Notes under the pieces: model-generated
Told to the model about the DNA's origin: nothing
Databases searched by the model: none
Seen by the model: only the letters and a program-made list of their open reading frames with translations
Program-made: the position numbers and the translations under genes
NCBI GenBank assembly: GCA_018398765.1
Contig: JAHBMJ010000334.1
Coordinates: 1 to 50,939, forward strand
DNA from: Chromera velia
Lineage: Eukaryota
Direction: 5' to 3'
DNA: 50,939 bases
Shown: positions 26,987-38,742 of the stretch, piece after piece
Position numbering within the stretch: the first letter of the stretch is position 1
How the letters are laid out: the number at the start of each line of letters is the position of its first letter

Positions 26987-27510
26987 ACGAGGCAGGGCGA
27001 GAGAACGGGACAGAGGCAGGGTGAAAGGTACTAGAAAGGTGGAGGGTTGAGCATACAAGATACAATTCTGAAGCGGCAAGTCGAACCATCTGAGCTAGGA
27101 CTTTACAGAGGTAAGAAGATTACCTGTGTTGGGAGCGGTCACTCGATCGGCATTGGGAAATAACTGAAATTCCAGAAGAAATGTCGTAACATTCTCGTTA
27201 TTTTTTCATTTTCAGGATTTCGCACCAGCATGCAGACATAGCCAGTACATGCAGTCTGTAGACATGCAGTTCTGTACAGCCGTAATCGTTCAGCTAGTTT
27301 CGTTAAATGCGGGTGATAGTGTTTAAGTGTCAGTGGTGCAAGCTAGGGTGTAAGCCTATAGGTAGAAGCCTTTTTGTAACTCTACTTCTCGATCTTAGTA
27401 TAGATGCAAGCCTTTTTGTAACTCCACTTCTCGATCTAGTACGTTACTGTACATGGATTTGAAATTTGGAACTAAAATCAAGTTTAAATTTTAAAACTTG
27501 GTTTAAAAGA

Positions 27511-27720
27511 TTCTAGGCGCCGCACATTAAAAAAAAAAAAATTAGACGTCCTCATTTTTTTTTTTAAAACTGAAAAGTTATAATTAGGTTCACATTTTGT
27601 GTGAAAAAGTAAGTTTCAAAGTCGAAAGTGATTCTTTTCCTTTTGGAGGTACTTGAAATAAAAAAAAGGCCTTCCAAACTTTTTTTTTTCTTTTTTTTTT
27701 TCTATGTGCGGTGCCTAGAA
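27511..27720. mobile_element. MITE-like element (~210 bp) with terminal inverted repeats
   Basis: TTCTAGGCGCCGCACAT (27511-27527) and ATGTGCGGTGCCTAGAA (27704-27720) are reverse complements with one mismatch, extended by complementary A/T tracts. Confidence 0.7.
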
Positions 27721-28309
27721 AACATTGAATCTTAGTTGAGTACCTTACTTAACCCCAGAGTTAACCTCAGTTACTGTAAGTCATTTAAAGATTTGAACCT
27801 AGATTTGGACTTAGCTCAAGCTTCTATATATAATTACATATATTGTTTTTTTACGTATTATAAAAACGTGCAGCAAGTGAATTTGTATACATATTCCTAA
27901 CTAAAGATCTGCCAGTGTGTATACTTAGACTTAGGCTGCCACCATCTGACTGTGATTTAGTATTTATTTGATAATAAATTATTGTATACACTTTTCAATC
28001 TGACATTATGATGCATGCATGGAAACTAAATATGCTCGTGAGCTCACCAAGCGAGCACTTCAGGGGATCTCGCGCTTAGCTTTATCTCTAGAGTTGAGTG
28101 ATTGACGATCTCTTGCATGAACATGGGCTGCTGGGAGCACGGCTCCACTCTAGCAAAGCCAACTTCATTCATTCATTCATTCATTCATTCATTCATTCAT
28201 TCATTCATCTGCATGTATTACATTAAAAGAAAATTTAAGAAATAATGCTGCAACCTTAATAATTTATAATAAAAAGTTAATATAGCTAGGGCTAGAGCTA
28301 GGCGTAACA

Positions 28310-28400
28310 ATCTGAGAGAGAGAGAGAGAGAGTCTCAGGAAGAGTGTGAGAGAGAGAGACACACACACAGACAGACAGAAAGACAGAAAGACAGACAGAA

Positions 28401-28435
<35 letters not shown>

Positions 28436-28910
28436 ACCGTTCCAGATAGACAGACAGAGACAGAGAGAGATGGACGGACGGACAGAGGTTCACAGATGAA
28501 CAGACAGGCCATTTGTTTTGTCTACTGCGCTCTTTTCTTCATTGCGGCTCCTTTAATTCTTTCTTTTTGACATACAAGATAGACAAACACAGAAAGAAAG
28601 TACGAAAGAACGAAAGAAAAAAAGAAAGAAGATCGAAACGAAGGAAACAAGGAAGCAAGGAAGTAAATGAATGAATGAATGAATGAATGAATGAATGAAT
28701 AAATAGATGAATGAATGTCTACAGAAACAAAGACAAAACAACAAGACGGTCTCTCGAATAACTTCGGCAGGCAGACAGAGGGAGAGACAGGGAAGCAAGA
28801 GAGGGGGGGAGCACAAGCTCTCTTCCCTCTCTCTCTGTCTCTGTCTGTCTCACTCTGTCTCTCTCTTTCTCTCACACACACATACACACACACACACACA
28901 CGCACGCACG

Positions 28911-28957
<47 letters not shown>

Positions 28958-28960
28958 ACG

Positions 28961-28999
<39 letters not shown>

Positions 29000-29185
29000 G
29001 CACGCACGCACACACACACACACACACACACACCCACACACACACACTCACACACACACACACACACACACACACAACCACACACACAACCACACAGACA
29101 ACCACACAGACAACCACACAGGCAACCACACAGACAACCACACACACAACCACACACACACACACACGCGCGCGCGCGCACACAA
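28310..29185. repeat. Compound microsatellite field: (GA)n, (GACA)n, (GAAT)n, (CA)n/(CACG)n and a 12-bp CACACAGACAAC repeat
   Basis: Read directly from the sequence. Confidence 0.95.
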
Positions 29186-29501
29186 AATTCACCTGCATGG
29201 CCTCACGTTGCGGAAAAAGAGAGCAATCAGCACCGCAGAGAAGCTGAGGTGGCTCCTATACAGGTCCTGCCTCACATGCTATATTGACAGACGGTTCGGT
29301 TTGTTTGGACTTGAGACTGACTGTCCCAACTGAGGTCTTGTTCTCCGACTAGTCAGCATTGATGACGCCCGCTCACCATCAACATGGGAGCACAGGGCGA
29401 AAGTCGGACTTCGAAAAACACTTCCTGATCGAATGACGCTTTATCAATAAATCCCCTGACGATCAACCCAATTAAGCCTATCGACGTGAGACACTGCCTC
29501 C

Positions 29502-30794
29502 CTAGGCAGTGACACCCGAGAAGGGGTCCTCAATTTCTTGCCACTCGGAGTCATCGTCGCTGCCTGAGTCGTCTCCTTCATTCTCATCGTTCACTGAGTC
29601 ATGGTCTTTGTCGTCGTCCCCGCTGTCGCCCCCCCCGTCTCCTGAGTCATCCCCTCCAATGCTGTCGTCTTCTGAGTCATGGGAGGGGGACGACGAAGGC
29701 CAATCATCGTCGTCGTCACTGTCGTCATCGCTGCCCCAGGGGTCGTCATGGGAGTCCGAGTCGGACCGGGAGTACGTCGGCCTTGCGGGGCCTGGAGGGC
29801 GGGGGGGAGCGGGGGTGTTCCACCACTTCAGCCAGTCTGATGGGGACAGGTAGTTGAACTGCTCGGGATTGGCTTTCTCGTCCTCTGTTGTCGGATTGGT
29901 CTCAGGGGTAGGCTCAAGTTTGTCTGCCACAGGAAGAACAGGTGGTTCAGTTGAGGGCTCAGGGACGTGTTTCTCCTCTTCTGTCTTGGTTGGCTCGGAT
30001 GGAGGGGGGGGACCAGGGGGAGGCTCTTCAGTGTCGACGGGATCCGAGGGAGTGGGGGAGGGGGGGAGGGGGGGAACAGAATCAGATTTTGTGCTTGGCA
30101 AACGGGTCAAACTGGGTGTGCTGATAACATGTCCCGTGAGAGCTCCGTCCTGCATGGAGCCCTCAGATTGGTCATCAGGCTTGCTCTCTGTTTTCGGTGT
30201 CAGAGCAATGGGGCCCAGCAAATCGCCCGCTGCAGAGGAGGAGGACATTTCTGACTGATCATCTGGTTCAACAACGTCCACGTCCCCAATCATGGGGATG
30301 TCAACTGAGGGGGATTTCTCTGTAGACAAAGGCTCCTCTACAGGAGTGTCCGGAATCTTCACCCTCATCCCTTCCCTTTGCTTCTCCTTGAAGGCTTTTT
30401 CATTCTTTTCCTTCAAACTCTCAAACACGTTTACATATACGTCGTCGTACACCTGTACCTGAGGAACGTCTTCCCATTTGGCAAACACTCTACCGCTGAC
30501 GTCTTCCCCTGCTATCATGCAGTTGTTCTTCTTCTGCAACCCCTCCAGGTCATCCGTCATGTGATACTCTTTACATTTCGAGAATTCAACCCAGCTGTTT
30601 CCGTCTGCACTTCTCTTCACCTTATTCACTTTGGTTCTGCAACAGAAAATTGTCTGAACGGTCTTCACCTTTTTCGTCCTCTTGACAGTTGGGCCCTGCT
30701 CGTAATTGGATCTGATATCTCCTTTTCTTTTGAACTGCAAAGAGAACCCAGAAGTGGCCAGCAGGGCCGCCAAGAGAAACAGAACAGCCCACAT
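29502..30794 (-). CDS. Putative secreted protein (430 aa): signal peptide, basic Cys-containing N-terminal domain, Pro-rich linker, Asp/Ser-rich tail
   Basis: Intact intronless ORF; hydrophobic N-terminus MWAVLFLLAALLATSGFS; close paralogue at 32525-33805. Confidence 0.85.
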   Translation of the reverse strand: MWAVLFLLAALLATSGFSLQFKRKGDIRSNYEQGPTVKRTKKVKTVQTIFCCRTKVNKVKRSADGNSWVEFSKCKEYHMTDDLEGLQKKNNCMIAGEDVSGRVFAKWEDVPQVQVYDDVYVNVFESLKEKNEKAFKEKQREGMRVKIPDTPVEEPLSTEKSPSVDIPMIGDVDVVEPDDQSEMSSSSAAGDLLGPIALTPKTESKPDDQSEGSMQDGALTGHVISTPSLTRLPSTKSDSVPPLPPSPTPSDPVDTEEPPPGPPPPSEPTKTEEEKHVPEPSTEPPVLPVADKLEPTPETNPTTEDEKANPEQFNYLSPSDWLKWWNTPAPPRPPGPARPTYSRSDSDSHDDPWGSDDDSDDDDDWPSSSPSHDSEDDSIGGDDSGDGGGDSGDDDKDHDSVNDENEGDDSGSDDDSEWQEIEDPFSGVTA

Positions 30795-30958
30795 CTCTTG
30801 TTAAGACTCAGTCTGGAGGAGCAACCTTTTGTTATAACAGAGATTTTCTAGGCTGGAGTGTCAAGCAGAAGAAAAAAACTTGAATTTCAGTGAAATGCTT
30901 TTTTCCATGGCTTGCCAAGTGCATAAACGTGTTCACACCTTTTTTTAAATTCAAGCCA

Positions 30959-30995
<37 letters not shown>

Positions 30996-31720
30996 AAACT
31001 GCACAAGGATCATGTGCGTGAGTGTGACCGAGACGGGCAATGTCAGCCGCATGCTTCCAGAAATGCGCATGCATGCATCATCATACATGCATGCATGCAT
31101 GCATTTTTTTAAAAAAATAATTAATCTGCAAATACAGACTCAATTGTGGTTCGCACGATCGAGTTCATGCTTGTGGGGCACTTGGTGCATGGAGTTTTCA
31201 GCTTCATTCAGCTTTCAAGAGTTCGTTTAAAAACCAAAAAGGCTCTTCAATGAATTAATGCTGCTTTCGGGACTCAAACCCAAAAAGCCTAAAAAGGTCA
31301 GGGACCCACTGTCTAGTTCTGCTTCTGGGGCTTGGTTCTTTAAAGTGGGCCCTTAAAAAAGTTATTATTATCAGGAACTTAGTGTCAAATTCTATTTTAA
31401 TCAGGGAACTACTTCCCCACAATTTTAAAAACCCAGTTTAACTATTTTTTTATATATTTTTACAAGTACTACAAATACTTCTAAATCAATTCTCAAAAGG
31501 TTGATAACCCCAGCTTCACACAACTTTTTAAATATCATTTTGTTTTTAATATTCTAAAAGAGTTGTAGTCTCATCTGAATCATGTCTAGCCTAATAACAA
31601 AGACAAAACCTGATATTCATCTACATCTCCATTGTTATAAAGAAAAAATGTCTGATTCATAACTCAAACGCACGCACATACATACATACTGTAACATACA
31701 TACGTACAGACAGACAGATA

Positions 31721-31768
<48 letters not shown>

Positions 31769-32060
31769 NNNNNNNNNNNNNNNNNNNNNNNNNNNNNNNN
31801 NNNNNNNNNNNNNNNNNNNNNNNNNNNNNNNNNNNNNNNNNNNNNNNNNNNNNNNNNNNNNNNNNNNNNNNNNNNNNNNNNNNNNNNNNNNNNNNNNNNN
31901 NNNNNNNNNNNNNNNNNNNNNNNNNNNNNNNNNNNNNNNNNNNNNNNNNNNNNNNNNNNNNNNNNNNNNNNNNNNNNNNNNNNNNNNNNNNNNNNNNNNN
32001 NNNNNNNNNNNNNNNNNNNNNNNNNNNNNNNNNNNNNNNNNNNNNNNNNNNNNNNNNNNN
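31769..32060. other. Assembly gap (292 N) inside a (CA)n microsatellite
   Basis: Run of N flanked by (CA)n on both sides. Confidence 0.99.
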
Positions 32061-32091
<31 letters not shown>

Positions 32092-32524
32092 ACTTACAAA
32101 CCCTTACACAGAGGAGGGGAAGAGTGAGTGGGAGAGAGATGCAGGCAACGGCATCGAAAGATCTCATTGAATGGGGCTGAGTTTTTCGTCACGGCAGCAG
32201 ACAGCTGAGACGTGAAAAGGTCCCATCCAAAGAGAATAAGAGAAAAAATGATTGTATGAGAACAAACAGAGAGAGCCGAAGCAGAAGATAAGACACACAC
32301 CCATTTATTGTTTCGCAGTTTGTTTCTGTTAATCCAAAGAGTGCCTCATCGCTTCAGTTTTGACACACTTCGAGAGCCTGCGTATTCGCTGACGATCTGG
32401 ATCGGTTGTGCGTGTCCGAGCTAGTCAGCATGAACACTCTTCTTGAATCGTAAATCTGAGGCCGGTGAACAAGCAGCATTTCACCGAATTGATAACAAGT
32501 ACCATTTTCTGTATGCTTCCTCGC

Positions 32525-33805
32525 CTACCACAGGAGTTGCGAAAACGGGTCCTCTATCGCAGGAAATTCATACTCAGGCTCACTCTCAGGAGACTCGTCT
32601 TCGTCTCCCCCCCCCTTGGGTTCTTCCGGAGTCGTCTCAGGCTCATCATAATGCTCCGACCCATCGTCCCCATAAGAAGGGGCAGAAGGGGAGTCCGAGG
32701 CCCAAAAGCCATCGTCGTCATTGTCGTCATCGGAGTCGAAAACGTGGGGACCCCAGACACCTGGCATTGCAAACATGTCATCTGCATCTTTTCTCTTTCG
32801 CTCAGGGGGTATGTAAGGATCTGAGTCTGAATCTGTATCTGGTGAGGGGGTGTTCCACCATTTCTTCCAGGCTTCTGGAGACAGATAGTTGAATCTTTCC
32901 CCCTCGTCTTTCTCCCCTTTTTGGTCGGATGGAGGGACAGGAGGGGATGGGGAAGACTTTTCGGGAACTTTTGGCTCTGAGCTGCCACTGGAAGAGGGTT
33001 TGTCTGTAGGTACATCGGAAATGGGATCGGGCTCTGGGGAGGGTTCGGGATCTGTGGGTGTGTTTTGGGGAAGAGTGGGCTTTGACGGCTCTTCTTCAAT
33101 TCCGTCTCCCTTTTCATCCTCCGATTTGACGCTGTCGGGCCCTGGGGGGAGATCAGGGGTGGTAGACGGAGGAGGAGGAGACGCAGGGGGCGAAGGCTTC
33201 GGGGTGGGTGGTGTTCCAGTCATACTGGGCGTTGTGACAATGTGCCCGAGTAAATCTCCTGCAGCCTCAGATGTTATGGATCCTTCGGACTGATCATCTG
33301 AATCCTCCTTGAAAAGCAAAGGCTCAACTTCTGTTGGCGGCTTGTCGGAGCACTCGATTACCGATTCAGCGGTCTTTTTTCCGCCTCTCTGCTTCTCCTT
33401 GAAGGCTTCTTCGTTCTTTTCCTTCAAACTCTCGAACACATTTACATATACGTCGTCGTACACCTGTACCTGAGGAACGTCTTCCCATTTGGCAAACACT
33501 CTGCCGCTGACGTCTTCCCCTGCTATCATGCAGTTGTTCTTCTTCTGCAACCCCTCCAGGTCGTCCGTCATGTCATACTCTTTGCATTTTGAGAATTCGA
33601 CCCAGCTGTTTCCATCTGCACATCTCACAACTTTATTCACCTTCGTCTTGCAGCAGAAGACACTCCGGATTGTCTTCACCTTTTTCGTCCTCTTGACTGT
33701 TGGACCCTGTTCGTAATTCGATCTAACATCGTCCTTTCTTTTGAACTGCAACGAGAGCCCGGATATGGCCAGCAGGGAGGCCAACAGAAGGACCAATCCC
33801 TGCAT
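32525..33805 (-). CDS. Putative secreted protein (426 aa), tandem paralogue of 29502-30794
   Basis: Intact intronless ORF; signal peptide MQGLVLLLASLLAISGLS; first ~140 aa nearly identical to the paralogue; shared FNYLSPxxWxKWWNTP and IEDPFS motifs. Confidence 0.85.
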   Translation of the reverse strand: MQGLVLLLASLLAISGLSLQFKRKDDVRSNYEQGPTVKRTKKVKTIRSVFCCKTKVNKVVRCADGNSWVEFSKCKEYDMTDDLEGLQKKNNCMIAGEDVSGRVFAKWEDVPQVQVYDDVYVNVFESLKEKNEEAFKEKQRGGKKTAESVIECSDKPPTEVEPLLFKEDSDDQSEGSITSEAAGDLLGHIVTTPSMTGTPPTPKPSPPASPPPPSTTPDLPPGPDSVKSEDEKGDGIEEEPSKPTLPQNTPTDPEPSPEPDPISDVPTDKPSSSGSSEPKVPEKSSPSPPVPPSDQKGEKDEGERFNYLSPEAWKKWWNTPSPDTDSDSDPYIPPERKRKDADDMFAMPGVWGPHVFDSDDDNDDDGFWASDSPSAPSYGDDGSEHYDEPETTPEEPKGGGDEDESPESEPEYEFPAIEDPFSQLLW

Positions 33806-34087
33806 TTTGATTTCTTGGTATATTAATATTTTTTAACAAACAACAGATGCTCTTCGCAAAAAGTCCTCGTTGCTACCGGTTGTCCGTGTGATCCCCTGTG
33901 TGACTGCTCTTGTTTGGTGTGTGTTTGGCTCAAACAGTGAGCAAGGAACAGTTGCCAGTGCAGCTTGTCAGAGGATTGAAGAGCAGTGCTCCAGGAGACG
34001 GCCGAGTATTAAAGTGCATGCATGCGATCCTTGATTTTCGCGCTTCTGTCATATATTAGCGTGATACACCCAACTAGTTGGGTGAGT

Positions 34088-34338
34088 GCCTCGGGGGGCA
34101 TCAGTGGTTGAATTATAATTCTAACGTGTCTCGACCGTGTATGTTTATGCAAATGCGCGCTGTCTTAGGGCCCCCGAGCCGGGCTGAGCTGCCCTCCGAG
34201 GGGAAATGTATATTGACTCGCCTTGATTCCACGAATTAACCAGGGGGGGACATCGATCTCCCCCCTAAAAAATAGAGTGATCGCGCGATATCAGGGCCTC
34301 TCGGCTGATCTCAGCAAAGCTGAGCTGCCCCCCGAGGC
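34088..34338. repeat. Short element bounded by a 13-bp perfect inverted repeat
   Basis: GCCTCGGGGGGCA (34088-34100) and TGCCCCCCGAGGC (34326-34338); internal near-copy GCTGAGCTGCCCTCCGAGG at ~34183. Confidence 0.5.
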
Positions 34339-35929
34339 GACACAGGAGTGGGCGCGCATCGCGCGCCGAGGTACTTCGGATTCGTTACTCCGCGTATACG
34401 AACGTGGTATAGTAGCGGATACACAAACGTTGTGTTTTGTCATGATGCTATATATATAGTCCCAAATTGCAGAATTTTACCCAAGTGGAATCACGATGGT
34501 CGGGAGAAAACTGGGGTTGAACGCGTGAAACAAGAATGGCCCCACAATGAGAAAAGACACTTATTATGGCGGCGCCTATGGCCAGCTGGGTCTCTGATAT
34601 AGGTCGTCTTTTAGCTCTTCGTTAGTAGCTGCGTCGCTACATCGATCATACATACAAATATGCATATGTATATTTACCATGTACGTCTGACAGGTGGGTA
34701 AACTTGCTTTCTGCCTGTCTACAGCTAAGAGGTGATGCTCAATAAGAATGTTCTAGTATGATAAGTTCTCTTCCAACAGCCGAGACAGTCTTGCTATGCA
34801 CGTACTGTTTACTAAGGGACCGACGGTGGACTCTACCGAAATCACCATCTCCAAGATTGGTCAATATGATGGCATGCTCTCACTTTTGGGTAAGTCAAAT
34901 AATTGAGCAAAAAGAATGCATACAAAAAAATTCACTTTTTTGCGATCCGGGTGGGGATGCCGAAAAAAAAAAAGTGAATAATTAATGTATGCACCTTCTA
35001 CATGCGCATCATTCACGAGAAGTCACGGATTTGATTACATATATAATGGCACTGACACACCGGAACCTTGCATGCAATATCAGACGGACTGAGTCCAAGA
35101 ATGCAACATCTGATCAATCGAGAAGCACAGGACAAGGCATGAGAACCGACGCGCACAACCCCCCTTTCCCCTTTGCTGCTGTCTTTTGTCTATCGCTTCC
35201 AGCAGGTGAATAGTACACTCAATTGTATAAGCAGGAAAGAACATAAGAAGATCAATCATCAAAGGAGGGAATGTAGCAAAATCAACCAAGAACAGTAAAA
35301 AGAAAGAAAGTCCTTTCATTCTATAATGCGATCAATGAAGGACTCCTCGAACGAGTAATGACATCAGAAAAAACCTTCACGAGAAAATGAAAAGGCCAAC
35401 AAAGGAGAAAGCATTCAAAAAAAAGAAAAGTCAGTTCATCAATAAGAACACGAGCAGGGGCATTACAGGAAAGCAAGGAACGCAATACATTCGAGCTCAT
35501 CTGTCCGACCATTCTCTGCAACCGAGAAATGCAAGAAAAACCATGGATGAATCTAACTCTCTTTAGGGTAGGGAAAAGAGGGAATGGAAGAGAATTATTG
35601 AAATCATAGAGGCAAAAAAAGGAAAAAGCATACAGGTTATGATACCATTCGACGAGAGCATCCCGATTAGGGTTTGCAGCTGCAAAAAGCAAAACAGAGG
35701 GTGACAGTGTCTGTTGGAGAAAGAAAATCCTCTCAAAGTGGTATGGTTGTGATCGGAAATCGAATTCTAGATTCTTCTGAAGTTTGTGTCTTTTAAGCGC
35801 CTGACCCACATAAAAGCAGGGGGGCTAACTCAGAATCTGAATCAAGGCTTTTTTCCCCCCCTCGTCTCCTTATTTTTGCCTCTGCAGGTAGCTGCTGCTA
35901 ACTCTTCCAGTCAGCCCGTATGACGGAAT

Positions 35930-37300
35930 TTAAAGAAATCAATTATTATTTTTAGCTTAGATTAATTTGATTGATTCTAAATTCCTTTGCAAAATTAAGT
36001 TTATTTTTTATATTTGTTATAATCTTCGTTATTATTATAATATCCACAGCAGCAGTGCAGGTTTGAAAGTATATAAACTTGAGGCCTAGCATAAAACCAA
36101 TTAATTATTTAAAGATGAACGAAGTTATATTACCTGTACGAGTTATTACTAATACATACATGAAATTATTGTAAATTAAAATAAACTTCTACATATTTAA
36201 AAAATATATAATTAATTGGAGAAGATGATGAAAATCTGAGGGCATGACTCGAACGGAGTTTTCGACCTGGCCCTATCTAGGGCGTATATACACAAGCGAT
36301 GAAACACTTCAAAACCGCTTTGATGGCGTGAGTTTCTTAGTATATGAGCTAGTATACGAGTATAAGTTGGGGAAAAACAAAGAAAATAAAAAAAAAGAGA
36401 TGAGATAGGAGGAAGCGGGCGCTGGGCAGTGTGGCTCCTCTTGGTCGATCACCTTTTAATGCTATATAGAGTTATTCTACCACCGTCTGCCTCAAAAAAG
36501 GCAGGCTAGAAGGAGCTTTGAGGCAAGATATGAAGGTAAAAGGGCACAAGCTAACCTAACCTATCAGAATGGAGGTTCTCTGGTTCTTTTTTCTTCTGAT
36601 TGAGCTAGCTTTCGGCCAATTTTAGCAGAAAGAGGACAAAGTTACGCGTCTTGTATGAGGATGTAAGACCACCCTTCCTTGCCGTCATGGGAAAGCCGTT
36701 CTTGCCTGTGTTATCTTCCTTTGTGGGAGAAAACTGCCCTAGCAGTGTGTTCAGCTGCGTATCGAACCAGCCAAAGGTTAGACACTCATTTATGGGCCGA
36801 TAACGATGAATCAGATGAATGATGATGACGAGAGCAGCTTTTAAGGTTTAATATAAGTCCTAGCACAAGCCCTTTTTATAAACCGCTGGGAGTCTTCTGT
36901 CATATCTTTGTATGTATTTCCCTCTAGCTGTGGAAGAGGGCTGCCGACTCGGACCTTGTCTCTTGCTAAACGTTGGAAGTCTTGAAAGCTAAACCACTAG
37001 CTTTGGCAGACGATGATGGCATATATATGATGCAAGTCTGGCAAAAGGATAATTAATAAAGCATTGTCCTAGACTCATGCATTGCATAATGGCCTATAGA
37101 CCGATTATTATTATTAATAATGATACTAATAATAACAATAATAATAATAATAATATTAATAATAATCATGATGATGATGATGATAGACCGATTAATAATA
37201 ATAATAATAATGATGATGATACTAAACATAAATTAAATTAATATTTGCGATTGATTTGCTCATATAAAATTGCTGGTGAAACCTTAAACATCTTTATGGT
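35930..37300. other. AT/TpA-rich degenerate block with (AAT)n/(GAT)n microsatellites
   Basis: No ORF >60 aa in the track; dense TAG/TAA/TATA words; trinucleotide repeats at 37100-37225. Confidence 0.55.
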
Positions 37301-38278
37301 CTGGCAGTGCAACATCTAAACGATTTGTTTAAGTTGAAAGACTTGTTTTCTATGGCTTAGTGTATGACAGAAAACACAATGCCGCTCACACATATTGATT
37401 CCGCTCTGGCTTCGACATTCAGCCATTTTGGGAGTGTACACATGCAGACACGCACACAAGCGTGAAATCCTGCATAACCCTTTGTTTTGATGTTTCTTTC
37501 ATTTCTTTATTTAGGGTTTTTCTTTCCCCCTTATTGTCTTTGGTTTTGATCTCGCTTTCAGATAGCGTTTCATGTATGCACTCCCGATCTCCCACATATA
37601 TGCAGGCCTCCGTAAGGCGACGCCCGGGTTCGCACGTGACTTGGGTTAGCTCCTGCAGAATACAAAAGCATTCAGAATCATAGGCCGGTTTCTTGATAAA
37701 TCAATCCATCGAACTTCTTGTCCATAACCTAGTCGGTGACATCTATTGATTAATTGATTGATGGGAGGAATCGCTTTCCAATTTCATCTCTGTGTTGTCC
37801 GTACGCAACAACTCAATGTGCAGTGAAGACAAAAAGAACTGATCCACTCCCTGTTGACGAGAAGAACAACAGTGTCGTTCATCAGTGACTGACATCCATA
37901 GCTGCCCCCGCTGAGGGGGTCCTGCTGTTTCTCCTGCCTGCGCGTTCCATGAGGCCCCAGCCGGCCGTCGTGGACGTTCAACAGACATCCGGGAGGCGTT
38001 CCGTGCACGCATGGAAAAGGAAGGGAAAGGAGGAAGCAGAATTCGAGACAGAAGAGCGTTTTACTCTATGTAGGCGGAATGGAATTATTGGATACATACT
38101 ACGCTTGATACCGAGACCAGAGCTGCGTTGATACATGCAAAGAAAATCAACCGAGCGAGTAAACGGAGAAAGCAAACGACGGCTCGTGTAGACATCGCAC
38201 GATCATCCTACATCTGTATTCGCATCAACCAACAAACTTGTACACGAGTACCCAGTTCGCCGTTCCCCTCTCTCTGAT

Positions 38279-38316
<38 letters not shown>

Positions 38317-38742
38317 ACACGCATACGCACACGCACTCTGCTCTCTGTCTGTCGCTCACAAACAAGCAAACTTAAAGTTGAAATGAAATGAAGAACAACA
38401 AAGATTGCAAAAATGCATATAAGTAAATGATTTTCCCGTCTTAAATGTTACGAATACTTTTTGTTGCCCGAAACTTTTCTGAGACCAGGTCTGGCACTTT
38501 TCGAAAGAACACAAGAAATTTTCATTCTTTTAAAGTCTTTTTCAATCATTCTGTTTAGAAGGGAGGTCAATTAAAATCAATTAGTCCGATTTTTTTTTTC
38601 TTCTTCGATGCCGCCAAGCCTTTCAAAAATACGAAAGCTTCCCACAAAAGTATATACGAAAAAACATCAAAACAAACCCACAAATCGCATGAAAACATAA
38701 CAATCCGTATGCAGCTAGATGAATGACAGCAACTGAACGCAC

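Noticed and set aside
28522..29333. Cys/Val- or His/Thr-rich ORFs
   Set aside because: Translations of (CA)n/(GA)n microsatellites; the same applies to similar ORFs at ~2850-3130, 7260-7520, 12960-13350 and 23700-24100.
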